64,000 bases of DNA from IMG/VR virus record IMGVR_UViG_3300025141_000001, one strand, 5' to 3'. The translations under genes were made by a program, and so were the position numbers. Below, one piece after another: positions 1-8,680 of this stretch. This stretch comes from an uncultured virus (IMG/VR IMGVR_UViG_3300025141_000001). Taxonomy: Duplodnaviria > Heunggongvirae > Uroviricota > Caudoviricetes. How positions within the stretch are numbered: position 1 is the first letter of the stretch; each line of letters starts with the position of its first letter. The notes under the pieces were generated by a model. The model had not been told where the DNA came from and made no database searches. It saw only the letters and a program-made list of their open reading frames with translations.

Positions 1-2
1 TG

Positions 3-404
3 GAGCTTTGGAATTGCTTTAGTTATTATCCTGCTATTACTAATTACGATATCTTAGATGGTCAATCAGGGAAATATATAGACAAAGATAAGGTCTGGCA
101 CATAGGATCCTATCTTTTCACAGTTGACTGGGCCCACCCAGAGAGTAATATAGTCGACACAGATCATTCTGAAATACCGCACGAACATAAGTGCGCACAC
201 ATACTTGCCTTGGATGATGGTAACTATGCGGCTCAGCCTAATAATAGATTAATATGGAGTATCCCATCTTTCACTGTGAAAGATGAAATTCCTTTCGATT
301 GGAAGGTACAAACTTCCGAATGGAATGTTGAAGACGATAGTAAATGGAAAACAGAAGATAGTGATAACTACTTCTACAAGATTGAGGAAACTAAAAATGA
401 ATAA
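3..404 (+). CDS. conserved phage hypothetical protein (5'-truncated)
   Basis: Frame open from the window start (ELWNCFSYYP...YLFTVDWAHP...HKCAH...AAQPNNR) into the listed ORF 210..404. Confidence 0.7.
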   Translation, partial: ELWNCFSYYPAITNYDILDGQSGKYIDKDKVWHIGSYLFTVDWAHPESNIVDTDHSEIPHEHKCAHILALDDGNYAAQPNNRLIWSIPSFTVKDEIPFDWKVQTSEWNVEDDSKWKTEDSDNYFYKIEETKNE

Positions 405-543
405 ATGTAAAGATTGTTTTTGTGATTGCCACTGTAATGTAGGTGAACATTCCGATGCCAATGGGGTATGTGCATGCGCCAAATGTAATTGTAACCCTCA
501 AGGAGCTACAGTAAACAATGAGGAGTGTCTCTCGTGTCAATAG
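397..543 (+). CDS. small Cys-rich, metallothionein-like peptide (48 aa)
   Basis: ATG at 397 downstream of GAGG; 11 Cys in CxC/CxxC clusters plus 2 His. Confidence 0.6.
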   Translation: MNKCKDCFCDCHCNVGEHSDANGVCACAKCNCNPQGATVNNEECLSCQ

Positions 544-911
544 AAGAAAAACGAACTTGCAATATGCATACCAAAGAAAAAGAAGAATCAGGTACATGTT
601 GTCAAATAAAAGACGAACAAGAAAACGCAGAGCAACTAACGTATGAACACAGTTTTTTAACAATGGGTGTGAAGAATAGTGAGATACAAGGCTTTAAAAA
701 TATTGAGGGCACGAAATCTTGCACGGATAAAGGAGCAGAGAGAAGCTAAATGGATAACATATCTCGTTTCTGCTTTTATAATTTTATTAATATCCCTACT
801 CACATATATTTAAATTGTGGGGTAAGGAGTGCATAATCATCCCTACGACATTCAAATGACTGGAATGTTCATCTTTATTACGCTATACCTAGTTATGGAG
901 ATTATATTTTA

Positions 912-1169
912 ATGGCTGACAAGTTAATGACATTATTGGTCGGATTGCTCATAGCCCTGGGAGGCTGGAGTCTTTCTCGAACATTTGAACTCTCTACAAT
1001 CCAAGCGGTACATGAAGATAAAGTGGATAAATTAGAGAGACATGTGGACAAGCTACAAAACCAAATTGAAAAGATGATGGACTCTGATGAAGAGATCATG
1101 GACCAACATAAGAAATTATTTGAAGTGTTAGAACGAGGAGATACTCCATCAGGGAGTTATAATTACTAA
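912..1169 (+). CDS. hypothetical protein, N-terminal TM helix plus coiled coil
   Basis: Hydrophobic LMTLLVGLLIALGGW followed by a heptad-rich region. Confidence 0.6.
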   Translation: MADKLMTLLVGLLIALGGWSLSRTFELSTIQAVHEDKVDKLERHVDKLQNQIEKMMDSDEEIMDQHKKLFEVLERGDTPSGSYNY

Positions 1170-1591
1170 TGCCTAAACCCTTAAGAATATCAGAAGAAGC
1201 CGCAGTTCAGATGCCGATGAAAACCGTAGCCTCTTTGATCTGCATGGTCGCGATTGGGACCTGGGCTTATTTTGGTATCATTGAAACCCAAAACAAACTT
1301 TCAACAGAGGTAGAATTAATGTCTAAAGACTTAACTGAGAACACAGAATTCCGTATAAAATGGCCCCGGGGCCAGCTGGGCAGTTTACCCGCAGATTCTG
1401 AGCAATTTATGATGATCGAGGATCTTTACAAGACTACCGATAAGTTAAACACGCATATTGAAAATATGGCGTTGAATAAAGTAAACATAGAATTTTTAAG
1501 AAAACAAATGGATAAAGTGTTAGAAGATATAGAAAAACTAAAAGATGCTAATAGAGAAATGCATTATAGAAACGGAAAAGGAGCACACTAA
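1169..1591 (+). CDS. hypothetical membrane-anchored coiled-coil protein
   Basis: TM segment (VASLICMVAIGTWAYFGII); TAATG coupling to the upstream ORF. Confidence 0.65.
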   Translation: MPKPLRISEEAAVQMPMKTVASLICMVAIGTWAYFGIIETQNKLSTEVELMSKDLTENTEFRIKWPRGQLGSLPADSEQFMMIEDLYKTTDKLNTHIENMALNKVNIEFLRKQMDKVLEDIEKLKDANREMHYRNGKGAH

Positions 1592-1801
1592 ATGGAAACA
1601 GTAGTCGCATTATTAATGTTTATAAATTTTGAGATCAAGGAACATCGTATCCAGGACTCAATGGCAATGTGCCTCCGCGGGAAGCGCGAAGCAGAGAGAA
1701 CCTACTCGGATACCGTCTCTTATAAATGTATCAAGACTCAGGCAGAATTAGAGACTAACATTGATGGCTCAATCTCAATCAAAAAAATCGTACTTAAATA
1801 G
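1592..1801 (+). CDS. hypothetical protein
   Basis: ORF preceded by AGGAG; abuts the upstream gene. Confidence 0.6.
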   Translation: METVVALLMFINFEIKEHRIQDSMAMCLRGKREAERTYSDTVSYKCIKTQAELETNIDGSISIKKIVLK

Positions 1802-1878
1802 AAACCCTATAGCTCAGCTTTTAAAACACTTTACACCTAAGAGATTTAAAGATAAAAAGAAGTATAGCAGGAAACAAG

Positions 1879-2133
1879 ATGCCAGGATATGGAAAAGGTC
1901 CCTTTGGAAGTGGGATTGAATTTAAAACTGAAGTAACAAATGGTAAATGTCCAACATGCCAGGACTTAACCATTTTTGTATCTATATTTAAAAATATATA
2001 TAGATGTATTAATTGTGGTGCGGATACTGAACAGAAAGTTAATGGAGTCATTGAATTTATACCAACGGTAATGAAAGGCCAAAAGATTCCTTTCTTACAA
2101 AAGATTCAGTCCGATGGCCCGAAAGAAAACTAA
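1879..2133 (+). CDS. zinc-ribbon protein
   Basis: CPTC...CINC motif pair. Confidence 0.6.
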   Translation: MPGYGKGPFGSGIEFKTEVTNGKCPTCQDLTIFVSIFKNIYRCINCGADTEQKVNGVIEFIPTVMKGQKIPFLQKIQSDGPKEN

Positions 2134-2248
2134 AAGTTTATATGGAGCTGTCCATATTAAAAAACGTCCACGCAAAAGACCTGGGCGTCATGCTAAAAGG
2201 CCCAACAAACACTCAAAACCCAAGCGCTATAAAGGTCAGGGACGTTAA
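2114..2248 (+). CDS. small basic peptide (44 aa, ends YKGQGR)
   Basis: Manual translation MARKKTKSLYGAVHIKKRPRKRPGRHAKRPNKHSKPKRYKGQGR; TAATG coupling to the next gene. Confidence 0.6.
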   Translation: MARKKTKSLYGAVHIKKRPRKRPGRHAKRPNKHSKPKRYKGQGR

Positions 2249-2559
2249 TGTACAAAATTTTAATATTAGCTTATCTAATTGGACAAGATCCGGTCATGAC
2301 TCAACAGAATTTTGAAATGCAAGGCTGGTATAAAACCATGGATGAATGCCAGACCGAATTATTGAGTCAACATCCTGATCAAAGCTTTAAAGTCATGAGA
2401 GAATTTGTAGAAGATAATAATTTTAAGTGGGACTGGTTGGTTGCAGGTTGTACTAATGAGGAAACAGGCGAAAAATATATGGTCTTTCCTGAGTATCCCA
2501 ATGGAAAACCTGACGAATTAGAGGGCCTAACCTTTGAATTAAACGACATATTAATTTAA
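2248..2559 (+). CDS. hypothetical protein
   Basis: 103-aa ORF coupled to the upstream stop. Confidence 0.55.
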   Translation: MYKILILAYLIGQDPVMTQQNFEMQGWYKTMDECQTELLSQHPDQSFKVMREFVEDNNFKWDWLVAGCTNEETGEKYMVFPEYPNGKPDELEGLTFELNDILI

Positions 2560-2568
2560 TATTAGCCC

Positions 2569-2597
2569 TTGACATATATCCTACATTAACCTATATA
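2569..2597 (+). promoter_or_regulatory. sigma70-like promoter
   Basis: TTGACA-N17-TATATA upstream of ORF 2611. Confidence 0.6.
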
Positions 2598-2610
2598 TAA
2601 AAAAGAAAGT

Positions 2611-2796
2611 ATGAGATATAAATATACAATTACTGAAGTAAACAAAGAGCCTGAAGAAGTCCAAGCGATGAGTTATAAAAAGATGTTAAAATCTTTATTA
2701 CTTAAGACGCCTAAATTTACAGGAGGAATGGTTTACCTTAATAAAAAAGGCAACGTCCAAACCAAAGTGTTTAAAAATGGCAAAGTTGTTCACTAA
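2611..2796 (+). CDS. hypothetical protein
   Basis: 61-aa ORF directly after the promoter. Confidence 0.55.
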   Translation: MRYKYTITEVNKEPEEVQAMSYKKMLKSLLLKTPKFTGGMVYLNKKGNVQTKVFKNGKVVH

Positions 2797-2840
2797 TGAA
2801 AAGGAAATAAAGCGAGCGATCCAAGCCGCTGTAGATCAAT

Positions 2841-3029
2841 ATGAAAAGTGTCGTCGTAATACTCTTATTAAGCGTAAGCGGAATAGAAGAAATAAAACTA
2901 AAACACAACGGAAACTGCGAAGCCATCGCGGAGAACTGGCGTCAAGTTAATACCACTTATAAAGATGCTCCCAATCAAGGGAACTATACTTCAGCTGGTA
3001 AACTTCTTGTGGGTCACATTTGTTATTGA
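2841..3029 (+). CDS. hypothetical exported protein
   Basis: Signal-like N-terminus, two Cys. Confidence 0.5.
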   Translation: MKSVVVILLLSVSGIEEIKLKHNGNCEAIAENWRQVNTTYKDAPNQGNYTSAGKLLVGHICY

Positions 3030-3060
3030 CCTATTCTCAACAAGAAATTGGAGAATAGGT
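3029..3060. terminator. hairpin between convergent genes
   Basis: 10-bp inverted repeat ACCTATTCTC / GAGAATAGGT. Confidence 0.45.
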
Positions 3061-3108
3061 ATTAAAGAGAGGGAAACTTCCCATACCACAATTTCGCCAC
3101 AATGTCAA

Positions 3109-3342
3109 TTAGGAATTTATTTTCTCAGTTTCTTTTAGTTTTTCAGCACAAGTAAATTTAATAAACACCTTATGTTTATTAATGTAGTCTTCTCCCATCA
3201 CATTATACAGGGTCAAGGTGTCATTGGTACCGGCATACATACACTCGGCCCAGGTATTAAACTCAATATTCTTGGTATAGGGAGGTTGACAGTTCTCATG
3301 CAATGCGGAGCAAATTATTATACTTAAAATTATTATTTTCAT
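3109..3342 (-). CDS. hypothetical exported Cys-containing protein
   Basis: Hydrophobic N-terminus, four spaced Cys. Confidence 0.55.
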   Translation of the reverse strand: MKIIILSIIICSALHENCQPPYTKNIEFNTWAECMYAGTNDTLTLYNVMGEDYINKHKVFIKFTCAEKLKETEKINS

Positions 3343-3343
3343 A

Positions 3344-3372
3344 TTGACATCTTTTAAGGATTGTCCTATATT
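3344..3372 (+). promoter_or_regulatory. sigma70-like promoter
   Basis: TTGACA-N17-TATATT; spacer contains the inverted repeat AGGA-TTG-TCCT. Confidence 0.6.
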
Positions 3373-3399
3373 CTAATTTAAAAATGAAAAGGAAAGAAC

Positions 3400-3585
3400 A
3401 TGACAGACATTAGTAAATATCGAAATGTATCCCTAACACACGATACATACAATACTTTAGTCAAGCTATCAAAAGTTTTATTACCCGATGCGAAATTATC
3501 TATCAGTAAAACAGTTGAAGCCTTGGCTCATGAGAAAGCAAGAAAATTAAATGGCAAAGTTCCAACAAAAATACGAACAGACTGA
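3400..3585 (+). CDS. probable ribbon-helix-helix DNA-binding regulator
   Basis: Beta-strand YRNVSL, then helix THDTYNTLVKL, then helix SISKTVEAL: RHH-like pattern. Confidence 0.55.
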   Translation: MTDISKYRNVSLTHDTYNTLVKLSKVLLPDAKLSISKTVEALAHEKARKLNGKVPTKIRTD

Positions 3586-4021
3586 ATCTAATCAGGACCG
3601 AACACCCGAGCAACAGCTTTGGATTTCTGTCTTAACTAAGGCAGCGGACGATGCTATCTATACTTCAGATTGGTTAGAAGCTAGAAAAGCTATCGCCTGG
3701 TTTAGAGCGAAAGGCAATCACTTCAAAGAAGTTTGCGAATTGGCCGGTTATAACCCAGACTATGTGGCTCACAGGATGCAACGTCCTTTGGATGAAAGAG
3801 AAAATGTGATGCAGTGGGTAAGACGAGGGAATAGAGTTTATGTACAAGGGAAACGCCCCACTATTTATCACTCTCATTATCGATTGGGGAAGAAGAGAGG
3901 AAAATATAAAAAGAAACATTTAACTGGAAATTCCTACTATGCCGCTAAACGTAAGAAAAATCCCTATTATGTTAAGATCGGAAAACTAGGGGGTCGACCA
4001 AGGATGTATAATAATGTATAA
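3551..4021 (+). CDS. hypothetical protein with basic C-terminal tail
   Basis: PEQQLWISVL...A..D...CELAGYNPDY pattern; ends GKLGGRPR. Confidence 0.6.
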   Translation: MAKFQQKYEQTESNQDRTPEQQLWISVLTKAADDAIYTSDWLEARKAIAWFRAKGNHFKEVCELAGYNPDYVAHRMQRPLDERENVMQWVRRGNRVYVQGKRPTIYHSHYRLGKKRGKYKKKHLTGNSYYAAKRKKNPYYVKIGKLGGRPRMYNNV

Positions 4022-4193
4022 AGGAATCTGTACAAATTGTAATGGAAATGGATATGTTAAAATCAAAGATAAGGAGGGGCATGAAAATGTTCATCAGTGC
4101 TGGATGTGTGAGTCTCAAGGAGAACTTAAATGGACTCAGGCTCAAGTTGATAACTTTATTTATAATCAGTACTTTCGTAAGCGGGTGCAGTGA
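4014..4193 (+). CDS. DnaJ-type zinc-finger small protein (59 aa)
   Basis: Manual translation: CTNCNGNG ... CWMCESQG. Confidence 0.6.
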   Translation: MYKGICTNCNGNGYVKIKDKEGHENVHQCWMCESQGELKWTQAQVDNFIYNQYFRKRVQ

Positions 4194-4356
4194 GTTTGCG
4201 CTCCTTAGTGCTGCGGGTGGTGCTGCGGCGTCTCAGAACGCCTACGCCAAAGCCTATGGCGCTATGGATTTTGGGGTTGTTCTTGCGACCGATTACGACA
4301 TTAAAACGCATGCTTATAAGAAAGTTAAGAAAGTAATTCATGATAAGAGGCGATAG
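4147..4356 (+). CDS. putative small lipoprotein (start uncertain)
   Basis: Hydrophobic stretch plus lipobox-like VSG-C within listed ORF 4042..4356. Confidence 0.4.
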   Translation: MITLFIISTFVSGCSEFALLSAAGGAAASQNAYAKAYGAMDFGVVLATDYDIKTHAYKKVKKVIHDKRR

Positions 4357-4891
4357 TAAAGACTACGAACTATTAGATAAATGGACGAAAGACTTTGATT
4401 GCGATGGTTGGAAAACTGTTGAGATTGGAGTGAGAGAAGGACTCGGTTCGAAGATCATCATGGAGAATTGTAAGAACTCCTTCATGCATATTGGTATCGA
4501 TCCCTATAATAATTTAAAATACCAACACTATGATAATGGCCCGGCTTATACGGCGGACTATACCAATGCCATGCGGGACCAACTGTTAAAAGATTTTGAA
4601 CCTTATAAAGGAAAATTTCATCTAGCCAACATCACCGACTGTGAATTCATGGAATCCAGAGCCAGTGAATCGACATATTCATTTGTTCATTTCGATGGAC
4701 CTCACACGAGTCGGGATGTCTTAACGCAGGCTATTTGGTTTGCGAATCGAAGCGCCCCTCATACACGCTTTGTTTTCGATGACTATCCACTCTATAAAAT
4801 GAAACTCATTGGAGCGGCACTAACTTTGTATGGATTTAAAACATTAGAAAAAGGAGAAAATAAGATATGTCTAGAAAAGAAAACGAACTAG
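4340..4891 (+). CDS. class I SAM-dependent methyltransferase (Methyltransf_24-like)
   Basis: VEIGVREGLGS motif I, GIDPY, FVHFDGPH, VFDDY. Confidence 0.75.
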   Translation: MIRGDSKDYELLDKWTKDFDCDGWKTVEIGVREGLGSKIIMENCKNSFMHIGIDPYNNLKYQHYDNGPAYTADYTNAMRDQLLKDFEPYKGKFHLANITDCEFMESRASESTYSFVHFDGPHTSRDVLTQAIWFANRSAPHTRFVFDDYPLYKMKLIGAALTLYGFKTLEKGENKICLEKKTN

Positions 4892-5058
4892 ATTCATTTA
4901 GTGAGTATCCCACTTACATTAAACATTGGGAAGAAGCACGCCCCTGGGGCTGGGAAATAAGAATCCTAACCGAGACGGGATTACATACGATTCATTGTAA
5001 ATGGAAAGACTATAAACGTCCCCACCAACTGAAGGAGGAACGATGTCCTCACAATTAG
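4867..5058 (+). CDS. hypothetical protein
   Basis: ORF preceded by AAGGAG. Confidence 0.45.
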   Translation: MSRKENELDSFSEYPTYIKHWEEARPWGWEIRILTETGLHTIHCKWKDYKRPHQLKEERCPHN

Positions 5059-5285
5059 ACGATGACGATAAGGCGGAGAAGACTTATGGGTTTTTCTTTG
5101 CTGACGCTATGCATCTGTTGGAGGATCATGATATGCCGGTCGAACTCGTTGCGGGTACGATGATGGCTATTGCTCAAAGACTCTATAAGACTCATTTAAA
5201 TGAGGATGAATATGAAGCCATGATGGATAAAGTACGAAATGCTAATATTGAACCTTATAAGAAGGAAAAAGTGAGGGTTCATTGA
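5043..5285 (+). CDS. hypothetical protein
   Basis: ORF preceded by AAGGAGG. Confidence 0.6.
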   Translation: MSSQLDDDDKAEKTYGFFFADAMHLLEDHDMPVELVAGTMMAIAQRLYKTHLNEDEYEAMMDKVRNANIEPYKKEKVRVH

Positions 5286-5488
5286 CCGATTGGAAAGCTA
5301 AAATTAAAAGGAAAGAATATGAAAGTCTGGGAGAATGTATTGCCTCGGACCAGGTTCCGGCGTCTCTTGTCGCTGAATACTTTACCGATGAAAAATTTAA
5401 AAAATGGTATAAGAAGAAATATGCCTGGAAAGAAGAGTTTGACCAACACGGTTGGAGTGCCGATGTAGAATTGGATTTAGGACGATGA
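5282..5488 (+). CDS. hypothetical protein
   Basis: TTG start overlapping the upstream stop; operon context. Confidence 0.5.
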   Translation: MTDWKAKIKRKEYESLGECIASDQVPASLVAEYFTDEKFKKWYKKKYAWKEEFDQHGWSADVELDLGR

Positions 5489-6255
5489 GTTTAACGAGAC
5501 ATTTTAAATACGACTATGTCCAGGGCACAGCAACCACGGACCGTGGATCACGGATCTATGAAGTTCAGGGATTCAAAATGCCCAGCGTCACAACAATACT
5601 TGCACAGACTAAAGATGATGAGTATATACGCCAATGGAGAAATAAAATTGGAAATGAAGAAGCGGACAGAATATTCAACCTATCTAGTAAACGGGGCACT
5701 GCCATGCATAAGTTCTTGGAGAAATACATCCAAGGTACGGGTTACGACGATCTTACGGAAATTGGTGTCCAAGCCAAACCGATGGCTCAAAAGATTATTG
5801 AAGTAGGTTTAACTCCTGTTAGCGTATACTATGGATCAGAAGTTACGCTGCATTATCCCGGCCTTTACGCAGGCACAACAGATTTAACTTGTTTACACAA
5901 TGGCAAAGAAACTGTGGTAGATTTCAAACAAGCCAATAAACCTAAGAAGCAAGAATGGATTGATGACTATTTCCTACAAACATCAGCATATGCTATGGCT
6001 CATGACTATGTTTATGGCTCTAACATTGAACAATGTGTAATAATGGTATGTACTCCTGACCTATATTACCAAGAATTCAAGATTGACGGGCTTCAATTAA
6101 GGTCATGGAAGCATAAGTTTTTAAAAAGATTAGATATGTACTACGAAAAGAAAAGAGACTACAAAGAAGAAAGACAAATAGATACTAACGAACTACTGAA
6201 AGAGTTTGAGAAGGAGGCAAATGCAAGAACGAATATACAAAGCACTAATAAGTAA
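5485..6255 (+). CDS. PD-(D/E)XK exonuclease
   Basis: PSVTTIL, RGTAMH, E-x..-YAGTTD, VVDFK, YFLQ..AY motifs. Confidence 0.85.
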   Translation: MSLTRHFKYDYVQGTATTDRGSRIYEVQGFKMPSVTTILAQTKDDEYIRQWRNKIGNEEADRIFNLSSKRGTAMHKFLEKYIQGTGYDDLTEIGVQAKPMAQKIIEVGLTPVSVYYGSEVTLHYPGLYAGTTDLTCLHNGKETVVDFKQANKPKKQEWIDDYFLQTSAYAMAHDYVYGSNIEQCVIMVCTPDLYYQEFKIDGLQLRSWKHKFLKRLDMYYEKKRDYKEERQIDTNELLKEFEKEANARTNIQSTNK

Positions 6256-6433
6256 GTACTCAGCCCAAATGGAAGAGGCTCTACTGAAAATAGATATGCT
6301 TATGTCCGGCAATAATCAGCCCATCATTGTAAATCATACTGATATCCTAGGCGAGATAGATAAATTATTGGCTATTGTTGCGGATGCTGACGAGAAGATG
6401 GCCAAATTAAGGCGCTTTTATGGCACTCATTAG
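6221..6433 (+). CDS. hypothetical protein
   Basis: ATG after AAGGAGG. Confidence 0.6.
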   Translation: MQERIYKALISKYSAQMEEALLKIDMLMSGNNQPIIVNHTDILGEIDKLLAIVADADEKMAKLRRFYGTH

Positions 6434-6681
6434 GCAGCCATTTTACATATAGTGTTTCTGGCTACAAATCTAGTTGGAAAAATAAAATTACGTTTGTAAA
6501 CTGTATTTCTGTCATTTTGAGCTACTATCATTGGTACACAACACTTCTAGCTGACGGTTTACGATTTTGTAAACTGTCAAAGATGTCAGTACCTTCAAAA
6601 AAGCTAGCAATGACGTAGGGCAATGGGGTCTACGGGCGACATTTTACTTTTTAAATGTAAATTTGTGGTATAAATCCCTAT

Positions 6682-6966
6682 ATGCGAAGAAAAAAATCTA
6701 AATATAAACATGTCTCTATTGCGAAGAAGAAGTACTACTTCTACAAAATTAACTGGATTGATATCACGTCTGATGGTGGTCATGCGACGGCTGAAGAGTT
6801 TGATAATTTCGAAGCTTCGAAAATGGTAAGCTATGGATATGTTTACAAAAAGACAAAGAAATTCTTATACACTTTCGCCAGCTATGATGAGAAAGATGCA
6901 GTCTTTTCAGATAGGAATATATTTCCTATTGGGTGTATTATTAAAATGGAGAAGTTAGATGTTTGA
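6682..6966 (+). CDS. hypothetical protein
   Basis: 94-aa ORF; TGnTATAAA lies 7 nt before the ATG (possibly leaderless). Confidence 0.65.
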   Translation: MRRKKSKYKHVSIAKKKYYFYKINWIDITSDGGHATAEEFDNFEASKMVSYGYVYKKTKKFLYTFASYDEKDAVFSDRNIFPIGCIIKMEKLDV

Positions 6967-6980
6967 TCCGAATAAAATTG

Positions 6981-7598
6981 TTATTCTTGGGTGGACGTTG
7001 GTGTTTTTGGCTCTGGGGTTTTCTTTTCTTTTGAATGTGTATTAGATGTGGCCTCAATCTGAGTGGATGCAACTATTTCTGGTGGTGTTTGTTTTTTCCC
7101 TTTTTTATTGGGTAATGATTTCAGCTCCGCTTTTATCTCTTCGATAGGTTTGGCGTCCAGTATAGGACTATACTCCTCTATAATATCCTTCATTCTTTTC
7201 TCTAGTTCTTGTTCAGTCATATCTTCTAGTTTGCCGGTCTTGATTATCTTCTGTTCAATATATAATCCTGCGGCCTTACCTCTAGCTACTTCAGCATTCA
7301 CAGCTGATGAAAAGCTCCCCTTCTTTAGGGCTGCCTCTCTGAGTCTTGCCAATTCTTTGATGTGTCTTTCAAAGTCTATTGCGTATTTGTTTTGTACCTC
7401 TTCTCGCAGCTCTCCAATGTATTGGACTACTAAGGGATATACTTTGGGATTCCTTAATTCACTGGCTCTGACTCGGGCCGACTCTTCAGCATAGCCTGAC
7501 TCCTTAGCACATTCGTATGGTGTCATTCTGCCTTCATTGTATACATACAATTCAGCAAAGCGCTTTTGCATATCGGTTAATCTCTTTGGTACTCCCAT
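6981..7598 (-). CDS. terS: terminase small subunit
   Basis: LTDMQKRFAELYV...CAKESGYAEESARVRASEL..P.V..YI.EL: Terminase_2-type HTH pattern. Confidence 0.75.
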   Translation of the reverse strand: MGVPKRLTDMQKRFAELYVYNEGRMTPYECAKESGYAEESARVRASELRNPKVYPLVVQYIGELREEVQNKYAIDFERHIKELARLREAALKKGSFSSAVNAEVARGKAAGLYIEQKIIKTGKLEDMTEQELEKRMKDIIEEYSPILDAKPIEEIKAELKSLPNKKGKKQTPPEIVASTQIEATSNTHSKEKKTPEPKTPTSTQE

Positions 7599-7635
7599 AC
7601 TTGACTATTACAGTAAGTTAGAGTACAAGTCAATT
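7599..7635. promoter_or_regulatory. overlapping divergent promoters, both apparently leaderless
   Basis: Plus: TTGACT-N17-TACAAG-N6-ATG(7636); minus: TTGACT-N17-TAATAG-N6-ATG(7598). Confidence 0.55.
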
Positions 7636-7998
7636 ATGAATAAAGATGATAAAGAAGCATTCGCACAGAAGATAGCCCAGATGGAAGATTCAGGAACATC
7701 TTCTATAGAGATGTTAAGAGAGATGATCCACAAAGAGAAAGCTTTGCGTAAAGAAGCTGAAGATTCTTTGGCTTATGCTTTGAGTGATGATGCTCGACAG
7801 AAAGAAGCCGATGCGTTGATGATGAACAAGTTGGAACGCATTAATGAATTAGAAAATATTAATGACTCACATAAAGAATTTAATGGAAAATTACAACTTC
7901 GCTTGACAGAGGTAGAAGAAGATAATAAGAAGCTAGCACAACAAGTTGAAGATCTTTCCAATATAGTTCAGAAACTTAGAAGCGATGGTGTTCTCTAA
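7636..7998 (+). CDS. coiled-coil hypothetical protein
   Basis: Heptad-rich; start revised to ATG 7636. Confidence 0.6.
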   Translation: MNKDDKEAFAQKIAQMEDSGTSSIEMLREMIHKEKALRKEAEDSLAYALSDDARQKEADALMMNKLERINELENINDSHKEFNGKLQLRLTEVEEDNKKLAQQVEDLSNIVQKLRSDGVL

Positions 7999-8225
7999 TG
8001 CTTAAAGCTCAAGAGTTAGAGAAAATTGTCAGAATGTTTAATGATAAGAGTCTTGTAGGCAAGGAGTCTAGAGTCTCTGTCGAATTACCGAATGGTGAAA
8101 TGTACGACATCAAAGAAATATTTTTAGCACAGAATAAGATCATAGGATCTCGTGAAACTCATCGTTTAGTTATTAGAATTACGAAAGAAATTGCACCACC
8201 CGGGGAGGTTATAGCCAAGCTATAA
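7998..8225 (+). CDS. hypothetical protein
   Basis: TAATG-coupled ORF. Confidence 0.6.
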   Translation: MLKAQELEKIVRMFNDKSLVGKESRVSVELPNGEMYDIKEIFLAQNKIIGSRETHRLVIRITKEIAPPGEVIAKL

Positions 8226-8241
8226 TTACTCCGAATATGAA

Positions 8242-8607
8242 ATGGCACCTGAGAGAAAATTATACCAGGATCTCAAACGCAATACTCCCGGAATATTGTG
8301 GAACAGGATTGAAAACCTTGCTGGTATCGGTGTACCTGATCTGTTGGGGTACAATACTTCTGGTCACTTTTTCACTGTTGAATTAAAAGTTACGAAAAGT
8401 AATTCTGTTCGTTTCTCACCACACCAAATAGCCTTCCATAAGACACATCCACAAAATACATTTATCTTAGCCAGGCACCTTGGTCAACGGTGCCTGAAAC
8501 TTGTTCCAGGGTCCATGCTTGATGATCTATTGAGGGAAGGTTTTGCTTGCTCGTCCATTGCTCGTGCATCGTGGCCCACGGTGCTTGCTCGTCTGTCTGC
8601 TTGCTAG
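8242..8607 (+). CDS. VRR-NUC / Holliday junction resolvase-like nuclease
   Basis: E...RIEN...GVPDL...VELKV...SPHQIAF motif set. Confidence 0.7.
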   Translation: MAPERKLYQDLKRNTPGILWNRIENLAGIGVPDLLGYNTSGHFFTVELKVTKSNSVRFSPHQIAFHKTHPQNTFILARHLGQRCLKLVPGSMLDDLLREGFACSSIARASWPTVLARLSAC

Positions 8608-8680
8608 TTTATTTTGCTTGTTGCTTGTTGGTTCGGGGTTTGTGAACCGGGAACTGTTGGTAGCGTGCAGGTCTTCAGGC

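Noticed and set aside
7063..7494. 143-aa plus-strand ORF
   Set aside because: Antisense shadow of terS.
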